Shown: positions 44,931 to 52,566 of the stretch, piece by piece
Position numbering within the stretch: position 1 is the first letter of the stretch
How the letters are laid out: each line of letters begins with the position of its first letter
From: Patescibacteria group bacterium
GTDB taxonomy: Bacteria; Patescibacteriota; Minisyncoccia; UBA6257; 02-FULL-45-10c
DNA length: 52,566 nucleotides
NCBI GenBank assembly: GCA_018969615.1
Contig: JAGWYA010000001.1
Coordinates: 1 to 52,566, forward strand
Direction: 5' to 3'
Notes under the pieces: generated by a model
What the model was told of the DNA's origin: nothing
What the model saw: only the letters and a program-made list of their open reading frames with translations
Database searches by the model: none
Program-made: the position numbers and the translations under genes

Positions 44931-45215
44931 ATGGTTAAGATCACCGGGAACGACATTTGGCGCGACGGACAGCGGATCGGCTGGATCGAGAACAATTATA
45001 TCCGCGCGCGGGACGGTAAAAGGCTCGGTTATTATTCGGGGAAATATATCTATGCCGAAAACGGGAGCAAGCTTGCCTTTATAGAGGGGGATTACCTTTG
45101 CTCCGAGACCGACCCCGCGAAAAAGGTCCGCCTTGAAACGATCAATGAAACCATCACCGGCGGTATTTTCCCGGAGATCTGCAAATGCACAGTGTATATT
45201 TTGCTTGGAAATTGA
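44931..45215 (+). CDS. Small beta-repeat hypothetical protein
   Basis: Repeated I...G.RIG.I/Y units. Confidence 0.7.
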   Translation: MVKITGNDIWRDGQRIGWIENNYIRARDGKRLGYYSGKYIYAENGSKLAFIEGDYLCSETDPAKKVRLETINETITGGIFPEICKCTVYILLGN

Positions 45216-45237
45216 TCTTCGGGTATACTATGGGCAT

Positions 45238-45804
45238 ATGAAAAAAACATCTTTTTTATTCGATGGCGCAATGGCGCTCGCGGTGATCACGACGCTTGTT
45301 TTCGTGACGATGTATGTGGCGTTTCAGCAGAATATTCGGCTTTCTGCGAACGATAATCAGGTGCAGCTTGCCGAATACTCGGCGAATTTACTTGCGCAGG
45401 GTCTTTCTCCGCAGGATGCGACCGGCCCGGCTCGCGTTGAGATCGCCCGCGATCTGGTCCCGTATATGATGGTCTATAGCGCGACCGATACGCTTCTTTC
45501 GACGGACGCAACTTTGAACGGCGCAGCACCTGTTCTTCCGAGCGGGGTTTTGGATGCGGCAAGTACGACCGGCGAGACGCGGATCACCTGGGAGCCTGAA
45601 CAGGGCGTCCGCAGTGCGATCGTGGTGGTTCCGTATAACGGCGTGAGCTCCGGTTTTGTCGTCGTCGGAAAATCGCTTCGGGAATCGGAAACGCGCGACA
45701 CCGAGATCTTCTCGATCATCTTCGTTGCATGGCTCCTTTCCCTCGGATATATCTTCGCACTCCCGTATCTGCTTCAATTCGTGAACGACATGCATAATCG
45801 CTAG
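45238..45804 (+). CDS. 2-TM protein with an extracytoplasmic sensor-like domain
   Basis: QQNIRLSAND.Q, ITWEP..GVR, VVVGKSLRE. Confidence 0.7.
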   Translation: MKKTSFLFDGAMALAVITTLVFVTMYVAFQQNIRLSANDNQVQLAEYSANLLAQGLSPQDATGPARVEIARDLVPYMMVYSATDTLLSTDATLNGAAPVLPSGVLDAASTTGETRITWEPEQGVRSAIVVVPYNGVSSGFVVVGKSLRESETRDTEIFSIIFVAWLLSLGYIFALPYLLQFVNDMHNR

Positions 45805-45905
45805 CAAATGAGTGACAGCGGGTATTCAGAAAAAGCATCGTGCACCTTTCGGCGCACGATGCTCGTAATAAGGTGTATACGTAATTAGCAGCAGCCTTTC
45901 ATCCT

Positions 45906-46508
45906 ATGCCTATGCCGTTCCGATCCGCAGCAAAGTTCGTTTGGTCCTTCTTTCTTATTGGTACTTTTGCGCTTTTTGCCTATTGGAACAGTTATCAGAG
46001 CAATCAGCTTGCCTACGTCGTCCCGAGCGCTACGACCGGAACCACGCCTGCGCCCGCCGCACAGCAAACACCCCCCGTTCCGGCGGCGTCAAATCCTCCT
46101 TCTCAGTCTCCGACGGCATCAACGCCGGCCGCTCCGGCTCAGTCAGCCCCGGTATCACAGCCGGCACCGGCTCCGACCCCTACGCCAGCTCCTCAACCCG
46201 CACCGGCCCCAAAACCTGCCGGAATGTATAAAGACGGCACTTATACCGGCCCCTCGGTCTATGTTTATTACGGCAATGTGCAAGTTCAGGCAACGATCAG
46301 CGGCGGCAAGCTTACGGATGTCCAATTCTTAGACCATCCGCAGGACCGCTATACGTCAATTGCGATCAATGATTATGCGATGCCGATCCTTCAGCAGGAG
46401 GCCCTGCAGGCGCAAAGTGCGAATGTGAACGGCGTTTCCGGTGCAAGCGAGACCAGCGGCGGCTTCGTTCAGTCGCTGGGAGCGGCACTGGCTCAGGCAA
46501 AAAATTAA
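45906..46508 (+). CDS. Membrane-anchored FMN-binding (flavinylated) protein
   Basis: TM, Pro/Ala linker, YKDGTYTG, YGNVQV, VSGASETS flavinylation motif. Confidence 0.88.
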   Translation: MPMPFRSAAKFVWSFFLIGTFALFAYWNSYQSNQLAYVVPSATTGTTPAPAAQQTPPVPAASNPPSQSPTASTPAAPAQSAPVSQPAPAPTPTPAPQPAPAPKPAGMYKDGTYTGPSVYVYYGNVQVQATISGGKLTDVQFLDHPQDRYTSIAINDYAMPILQQEALQAQSANVNGVSGASETSGGFVQSLGAALAQAKN

Positions 46509-46525
46509 TTTTTCTCCGTTTTATT

Positions 46526-48064
46526 ATGTGGGATGATCTCTCCGCCGCAATTGAACAGTTTCTGAACACAACGACCATGTACCGGGTGGTCTTGTACTAT
46601 CTTGCCTTTTTGCTGATCGCCGGCTTCGGCCTCAGTATGTTCGGTGTTCTTGCGTTTACGCCGGTCGCGCTCGTCGTTTCGACGATCCTGCTGCTGTTCA
46701 CTTGCTGGACCATCAATACGATCACGGCCTACATCTTTGGCGGACCCCAGAACGTTGAATCAGTGTTCATTACGGCGTTCATTCTTGCGCTCATTATTAC
46801 GCCGCCGGAAGCCTCTCATTACGCGACTGCACTTCCGATGCTTTTTTGGGCCGGAACGATCGCCATGGCCTCAAAGTTCATTTTTAGCATCGGAAAGAAG
46901 CATCTTTTCAATCCGGCAGCGTTCGCAGTCGCGACGACCGCCATTGTTCTGAACTTTACCGCAAGCTGGTGGGTAGGGAACCCGTGGATGCTTCCGTTCG
47001 TCCTGGTCGGCGTCCTCATTCTGCGGAAGATCCATCGCTGGGACCTGGGTACCGCTTTTTTCACCGCCGCTTTCCTGACCATCGTCGCATCAGGGGTTTT
47101 GCAGAATGCCTCACCGTTGGATATGCTTCCGCGCATCCTTTTGGAAACGCCGATCTTTTTCTTCACCTTCGTTATGATCACGGAGCCGCTGACGACGCCG
47201 CCGACGCGGCCGCTGCGGATCGCTTACGGCGTTTTGGTCGGCGTCTTGTTCGCCCCCGCGATGCATATCGGATCGCTGTATTCAACTCCTGAGCTGGCGC
47301 TTCTTGCCGGCAACCTTTTTTCCTATGCGGTAAGCCCGAAACAAAAACTCATCCTTAAATTAAAGGAACGGATCCCGATCGCGGGCTCGGTCTATGATTT
47401 TGTGTTCGAATCGCCGCAGCCCCTCCGCTTCGCTCCGGGGCAGTATATGGAATGGACCCTTGGCCATTATCATCCTGACAACCGCGGCATCCGCAGATAC
47501 TTCACGATCGCGTCATCTCCGGCTGACCGCGAAGTGCGGCTGGGCGTGAAGTTCTATCAGTCTCCGAGCAGCTTTAAAAAAGCGCTGGGCGCATTATATC
47601 CCGGTGACGAGATCATCGCCTCCCATGTCGCGGGGGACTTTACGCTGCCTAAGGACGCGGGGCAGAAGCTCGCTTTTATCGCCGGCGGGATCGGTGTTAC
47701 GCCGTTCCGGAGCATGATCAAGCATCTGATCGACCGGAATGAGCGGCGGAATATTGTCTTGCTCTATTCGAACCGTTCGCCGGCGGATATCGCCTATAAG
47801 GACATATTCGATCAGGCGCAGGAAAAACTGGGCATTGAAACGGTTTACGTCGTGAACGCGATTGATCCGAAATCGGTCCCTGCCTGGTGCAAAACGGGCA
47901 TGATCAACGCGCAAATGATCGCCGAGGAGGTTCCGGATTACCGGGAGCGTACGTTCTACATCTCGGGCCCGCAAGTGATGGTGGATGCGTTCCGTTCAAC
48001 GCTTCGCGCGATGGGGCTGAAGAAGCGGCAGATCAAGACCGATTTCTTCCCCGGTCTTGCATAA
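46526..48064 (+). CDS. RnfD/NqrB-like membrane domain fused to an FNR-type FAD/NAD(P)H oxidoreductase
   Basis: SK...HLFNPAA, MITEPLTTP; RYFTIASSP, AGGIGVTPF, YISGP. Confidence 0.88.
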   Translation: MWDDLSAAIEQFLNTTTMYRVVLYYLAFLLIAGFGLSMFGVLAFTPVALVVSTILLLFTCWTINTITAYIFGGPQNVESVFITAFILALIITPPEASHYATALPMLFWAGTIAMASKFIFSIGKKHLFNPAAFAVATTAIVLNFTASWWVGNPWMLPFVLVGVLILRKIHRWDLGTAFFTAAFLTIVASGVLQNASPLDMLPRILLETPIFFFTFVMITEPLTTPPTRPLRIAYGVLVGVLFAPAMHIGSLYSTPELALLAGNLFSYAVSPKQKLILKLKERIPIAGSVYDFVFESPQPLRFAPGQYMEWTLGHYHPDNRGIRRYFTIASSPADREVRLGVKFYQSPSSFKKALGALYPGDEIIASHVAGDFTLPKDAGQKLAFIAGGIGVTPFRSMIKHLIDRNERRNIVLLYSNRSPADIAYKDIFDQAQEKLGIETVYVVNAIDPKSVPAWCKTGMINAQMIAEEVPDYRERTFYISGPQVMVDAFRSTLRAMGLKKRQIKTDFFPGLA

Positions 48065-48112
48065 GGTCGTCCTGGCATTGGCGGTATCCGTTTGGTATAG
48101 TGAGGTATCATT

Positions 48113-48835
48113 ATGATCTTTCTTATCGCATGTGCGACTGCGGCGGCGACGCTCCTGGGAGGCATGTTCGCCCTTCGTTTTCGCGACAAACTGCATCTTA
48201 TCCTCGGGTTCAGCGCCGGAGCGCTTATCGGAGTCGCTTTTTTTGATCTTCTGCCGGAAGCGATCAATTTGGGATCGACCCAGTACGGCATCCCGACGGT
48301 CACCGCGACCGTCGCGCTCGGATTTCTGGTCTTTATGACGCTCGACCGTTCGGTGCACTTATATGCAAAGGATGATGAGTTCGATGCGCATAGCCATTCC
48401 CATCGGGGGAAATTGGGGGCGGGGAGCCTTTCCATTCACAGTTTTATGGACGGTCTTGCGATCGGTCTTGCATTCCATGTATCGGCTGCGATCGGCTGGA
48501 TCGTGGCGACCGCCGTGCTCGTTCATGATTTCTCCGACGGCATCAATACCGTAAATTTGATATTAAAAGACCACGGAACGCCGCGCCAGGCGTTCCAGTG
48601 GCTTCTTACTGACGCGATCGCACCCGTTCTCGGCGTTCTTTCCACGCTCTTTTTCACGCTCCCCGAGGCGTCCCTCGGCCTGGTATTGGCCCTTTTCTGC
48701 GGATTCTTCCTGTATATCGGGGCGAGCGACCTTCTTCCTGAAAGCTATCATCAGCACCAAACTCATTGGGCAACGGTCATGACCGCGCTTGGCATGGCGG
48801 TCTTATATCTTGCGGTCCATTTTGCAAGCCTCTAA
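48113..48835 (+). CDS. ZIP family metal transporter
   Basis: HSHSH loop, HSFMDG, HDFSDG, DLLPE. Confidence 0.9.
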   Translation: MIFLIACATAAATLLGGMFALRFRDKLHLILGFSAGALIGVAFFDLLPEAINLGSTQYGIPTVTATVALGFLVFMTLDRSVHLYAKDDEFDAHSHSHRGKLGAGSLSIHSFMDGLAIGLAFHVSAAIGWIVATAVLVHDFSDGINTVNLILKDHGTPRQAFQWLLTDAIAPVLGVLSTLFFTLPEASLGLVLALFCGFFLYIGASDLLPESYHQHQTHWATVMTALGMAVLYLAVHFASL

Positions 48836-48851
48836 ACGAGCCAAAAAGTGT

Positions 48852-49601
48852 TTACCGGGCAGTAAACCGCCGGAATCCTGATGTTTCGGTGCCCGTGCCC
48901 TGCTTATCGATCATATATCCCTCGAACCCTTTTAATCGTTCGATAAAATAGATCCCGCGTTCACCCATGGCAAAAGCCGCGGTCGCGAAACGATCGGCCT
49001 CATAAATGTTCTTTCCGATGACGGTCAGGCTTACGATCGCATTGGCGGGGGCATGCTGATGGACCGGATCATAGATATGCTCGCCGCGAACGTAGGTCCC
49101 GGACGTGGCGATGCCCTCATTTCCGCCCAGCAAGACCGTTTTGATGATCTGCGATCCGTCGAACGGATTCCTGATGCCGATCGACCAGGGGAGGATCTCT
49201 TTGTTCTTTCCGAATACCTGAATATCGCCGCCGACATCGACATAAAAGTTCGCATAGCCTTCCTTCCGCAGGATCTGCGCGGCGTTCCAGATCGCCCATC
49301 CTTTCACAAGACCTGAGGGGTCATATCCTTTTTGCGCAGTACGGATATCGAAGTAGCCCCCCGTTTCTCCCCGCGTTTGCTCCGAGAGAAGGAAGACGCG
49401 CCGCATATCATCGCTATAGTCGACTTCGGCGATCTCACCCCGATTGATCCTGGATATCTCGCTGGTCGTCTTATACGTGCTGAATTTCTCATCCACGTAA
49501 TGGAAATAGGAGATCACCTTTTTGATCGATTCGGCGCGTGCATCCGCATCGACGATCTCTATGATGATCGGCATTCCCATCATGACGAGTGATTCTTTCA
49601 T
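48852..49601 (-). CDS. apbE: FAD:protein FMN transferase (ApbE family)
   Basis: MG, FSTYK..SEISRIN, DPSGLVKGWA, GGDI, ATSG, HIYDP, AD..ATA; start revised to 49601. Confidence 0.9.
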   Translation of the reverse strand: MKESLVMMGMPIIIEIVDADARAESIKKVISYFHYVDEKFSTYKTTSEISRINRGEIAEVDYSDDMRRVFLLSEQTRGETGGYFDIRTAQKGYDPSGLVKGWAIWNAAQILRKEGYANFYVDVGGDIQVFGKNKEILPWSIGIRNPFDGSQIIKTVLLGGNEGIATSGTYVRGEHIYDPVHQHAPANAIVSLTVIGKNIYEADRFATAAFAMGERGIYFIERLKGFEGYMIDKQGTGTETSGFRRFTAR

Positions 49602-49653
49602 AAGGAGTGGTAAGTTTCGCTGCGGATATATCGTCCTGACAGCGAGGCTGATC

Positions 49654-50112
49654 CTACTGACCCGTTCCCGGAAGCGAGAGCGGCCGGATCTGAACGTCCT
49701 GCGCCTGGATACTGCCGTCGGTGTTTGTGGTACCGGTGATGACCACATGTGTTCCGACGCCGAGGTCCTGCAGCGTCCCGGCCGTCGTTTTCATGATCGG
49801 CGTCGCGGAATTCAGAAAAACGATCTTTGATCCCGTTGCCGCAGCCGGTGTCGTCGTGCTTCCATTCGAAAGCTGCACCGTGATGCTTTGCGACCCCGTC
49901 ACAATAACATCTCCTGCCACCAGAGTCGTAGGAGTTCCTGCGGCCTCGCCCGCAAAACGCGACCCGCGTGCTCCGGCGGTAAAATTCCCAAATCTGCCAG
50001 TGGGGGAGTTCGCCGCCGCGGCACTGGAGCGCCCATAGAGCATGCCTCCATAAAATGCACCTCCCGCGATCACGATCGCCCCGATGATCCCGATAACCCA
50101 TTTATTGTTCAT
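49654..50112 (-). CDS. Membrane-anchored hypothetical protein (OB-fold/DUF5666-like)
   Basis: GGAFYGGM.Y, DL.VG..V.I.G....DGSI.A. Confidence 0.7.
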   Translation of the reverse strand: MNNKWVIGIIGAIVIAGGAFYGGMLYGRSSAAAANSPTGRFGNFTAGARGSRFAGEAAGTPTTLVAGDVIVTGSQSITVQLSNGSTTTPAAATGSKIVFLNSATPIMKTTAGTLQDLGVGTHVVITGTTNTDGSIQAQDVQIRPLSLPGTGQ

Positions 50113-50138
50113 AATATTAGTATTTTTATCTTTTTATA

Positions 50139-51362
50139 TTATTCGTACCTCAATGCCTCGATCGGATTGAGACCTGCCGCACGGCGCGCCGGATAGTATC
50201 CGAATACGATCCCGATCGCCGCCGATACGCCGAATGCAAGAAGGATCGAGGGGAGCGAGACCTGAGTTTGCAGAACGCCGAAATATTGTATGAGGAAGGA
50301 TATGCTCCATCCTAGCGCAATGCCTAGGGCGCCGCCGGTAAAGGTAAGCATGACCGCTTCCATCAGGAATTGCGTATTGATGTCCTTGCGTTTTGCGCCG
50401 ACGGCTTTCCGCAATCCGATCTCGCGGGTCCGCTCGGTGACCGTGGTCAGCATCATGTTCATAATGCCGATCCCGCCGACGATCAGAGAGATGCCGGCAA
50501 CCGCACCGAGGAGGATCGTGAGCGTCCCGGTCACATTGGAGGCGGTCGCCACGATATCCGACTGGTTCATGATGCTGAAATCAGCCAGGGTAGGATCGGC
50601 GATGGCGTGGCGCTGCAAAAGCAGGGTCGTGATCTGCTGCTGAACAGCGGTCATCACGCTCGTGTCCTGGGCTTGCACGCTGATCGTGCTGAGATATTGG
50701 TTGCCTGCCAGATAGCGCTGTGCGGTCGTAAGCGGGATGTAGATACGGTCATCCTGGCTTCCAAAGCCGGTTCCGCCTTTGGCGACCGTAACGCCGATAA
50801 CGGTAAAATCGATATTATTGATGCGGATCGTTTGTCCGATCGGATCGGCTCCGGCGCCGAAAAGATCGTCGCGGGTCGTCGGGCCCAGAACGGCAACCTT
50901 TGAAAGACCAGTGAGATTCTGTGTCGTAATGAAATTGCCGGTATCGATCTCTACGTTCCGGACGGTCGGGTAGTTTGGATCAACGCCGATAACGCTTGTA
51001 TTCGTGTTGGTACCCCGCGCATTGACCTGATAGCGTCCGTCTACTTCGGGAGCAACGGCGGCGACGCCGGGAACGCTTTGCGCGATCGCATCGGCATCCG
51101 CCTGCGTAAGCGATCGCGCACTGCCGCGTCCGGAGCTTACCTGAAATCCGGGTCCGCGCTGGGCGCCCGGCTGGATCAGGATCAGGTTCGAGCCGATCGA
51201 TTGAATGCTTTGCTGGATGGAGTTTTGCGCGCCCTGTCCGATCGAGATCATGGCGATCACCGAGCTGATACCGATAACAATGCCGAGCATCGTCAGGCCG
51301 GTGCGCACCTTATTCGCTGAAAGCGCCGCATAGGTCTCTTGGAGCATGTCGAGTGTGGTCAT
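50139..51362 (-). CDS. MacB-family ABC transporter permease
   Basis: LTMLGIVIG, GGIGIMNMML..VTERTREIGLRKAVGA, P.EALRYE. Confidence 0.93.
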   Translation of the reverse strand: MTTLDMLQETYAALSANKVRTGLTMLGIVIGISSVIAMISIGQGAQNSIQQSIQSIGSNLILIQPGAQRGPGFQVSSGRGSARSLTQADADAIAQSVPGVAAVAPEVDGRYQVNARGTNTNTSVIGVDPNYPTVRNVEIDTGNFITTQNLTGLSKVAVLGPTTRDDLFGAGADPIGQTIRINNIDFTVIGVTVAKGGTGFGSQDDRIYIPLTTAQRYLAGNQYLSTISVQAQDTSVMTAVQQQITTLLLQRHAIADPTLADFSIMNQSDIVATASNVTGTLTILLGAVAGISLIVGGIGIMNMMLTTVTERTREIGLRKAVGAKRKDINTQFLMEAVMLTFTGGALGIALGWSISFLIQYFGVLQTQVSLPSILLAFGVSAAIGIVFGYYPARRAAGLNPIEALRYE

Positions 51363-51368
51363 GGATCT

Positions 51369-52079
51369 TTAGGAAATACTTGTTCGTTGTTTATGGTTCT
51401 TCGAATCTTCAAGGACTAAGCCGTCCCGGATATAAATGATCCGCTGGGCATATTCCGCAACATCCCGTTCGTGAGTGATCAGGACGATCGTCCGGCCGTA
51501 CTCCTTATTGAGCCGCTGGAATGTTCCCAGGACGATCTCACCGGTCTTCGTATCAAGGTTGCCGGTCGGCTCATCGGCGAGGATCAGCGAAGGATCGTTC
51601 ACGAGCGCTCGCGCGATCGCCACGCGCTGGATCTGGCCTCCGGACAGCTGATTTGAAAGGTTCGCATAATGCCCTTCATCCAGCCCCGCAGCATGCAGGG
51701 ATCCTTTTGCTCTTCGCTCGCGTTCTTCCGCCGGGATCTGATCGTCATAAATGAGCGGCAGCATGACGTTCCGGAGAACGGTTGTTCGCGGGAGAAGATT
51801 AAATGATTGAAAAACGAATCCGATCTTGTTCTTGCGGATGTCCGCAAGTTCATCATCGCTCAGGGTCGATACGTCCTTCCCGTCGAGAAGATATTTCCCG
51901 CCGGTCGGGGTATCAAGCGCCCCGAGGATATGCATCAGCGTTGATTTACCCGAACCGGACGGGCCCATGATCGCAACGAACTCTCCATCCTGAATGGTGA
52001 AGCTGACGCCTTTGAGCGCCCGGAACGCCATGGTCGTGCCGGCCTGGTATGTTTTTTCTACGTTTTGGACGTCGATCAT
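51369..52079 (-). CDS. MacB/LolD-family ABC ATP-binding protein
   Basis: GPSGSGKST, LSGGQ, ADEPTGNLD. Confidence 0.93.
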   Translation of the reverse strand: MIDVQNVEKTYQAGTTMAFRALKGVSFTIQDGEFVAIMGPSGSGKSTLMHILGALDTPTGGKYLLDGKDVSTLSDDELADIRKNKIGFVFQSFNLLPRTTVLRNVMLPLIYDDQIPAEERERRAKGSLHAAGLDEGHYANLSNQLSGGQIQRVAIARALVNDPSLILADEPTGNLDTKTGEIVLGTFQRLNKEYGRTIVLITHERDVAEYAQRIIYIRDGLVLEDSKNHKQRTSIS

Positions 52080-52085
52080 ATGGTG

Positions 52086-52566
52086 TTACCCTCCAGGGCC
52101 CCGGCCGGCAAATCGGCCGCCAATGCTTGAAAGAAGACTTGGCGCCGCCGTCGCCGATGCTGCTGCGGCTCCGGTGACCGTACGCGTCACCACGTTTTGC
52201 CCTTCGCTCAAACCCGAGACGACCTCGGTTGACGCATCGTTCGAGAGGCCGGTTTGGATCGGCGTTTGGACCGGCGCAGGGGACGCGCCCGGCTGGGCGG
52301 TCGCAGCGTCCAGAACATCAACATAGGTCTGAGTGCCGCTGGTCTTGATCGCGCTATTCGGAACCAAGAGGACATTTTGCTTGACCGCAGTAACGATCGA
52401 TGCGTTAACGCTCATGCTCGCTTTTACGCGCGTATCCTGAGTATCAAATGCGATCTCGATATTATACGTCACGACGCCCTGACTCACGGTGCCCAGGGCA
52501 TCAATCTGCGTTACTTTTCCGGCGATAGTGAGATCGGGGATCGCGTCGAACGTAAGCGTCACTTGC
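52086..52566 (-). CDS. MacA-like adaptor, C-terminal part (runs off the window)
   Basis: FDAIPD..G.V, MSV...I, VPNSAI, EVVSGLSEG. Confidence 0.85.
   Translation of the reverse strand, partial: QVTLTFDAIPDLTIAGKVTQIDALGTVSQGVVTYNIEIAFDTQDTRVKASMSVNASIVTAVKQNVLLVPNSAIKTSGTQTYVDVLDAATAQPGASPAPVQTPIQTGLSNDASTEVVSGLSEGQNVVTRTVTGAAAASATAAPSLLSSIGGRFAGRGPGG

Noticed and set aside
46040-46220. Pro/Ala-rich repetitive DNA
   Set aside because: Ordinary low-complexity linker in the FMN-binding protein.

Overview
Gene-dense bacterial chromosomal window (standard code 11, moderately high GC). The gene set and style suggest a Patescibacteria/CPR (Parcubacteria-like) genome; this is an inference. It holds housekeeping genes (lepA, an N-terminally short prfB, ftsE-ftsX, an FtsB-like gene), tRNA-Gly(CCC), tRNA-Thr(CGT), a pilin-like adhesin with tail-fibre-like domains, a 2.9-kaa cyclic beta-1,2-glucan synthase, a flavinylation/electron-transfer cluster, efflux/ABC systems and many small membrane proteins. 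The most striking feature is at 16700-17149: a tRNA-Gln(TTG) gene split in its D-loop by a ~377-bp insert bounded by inverted repeats. The insert encodes a GIY-YIG nuclease whose 3' coding end is itself a second, intact, divergent tRNA-Gln(TTG). An AT-rich gene with a HEPN-like RxxxxH motif follows. Two smaller cases of a divergent homologous copy next to a small palindromic element also occur: the lepA 3' end and a tRNA-Gly 5' half.
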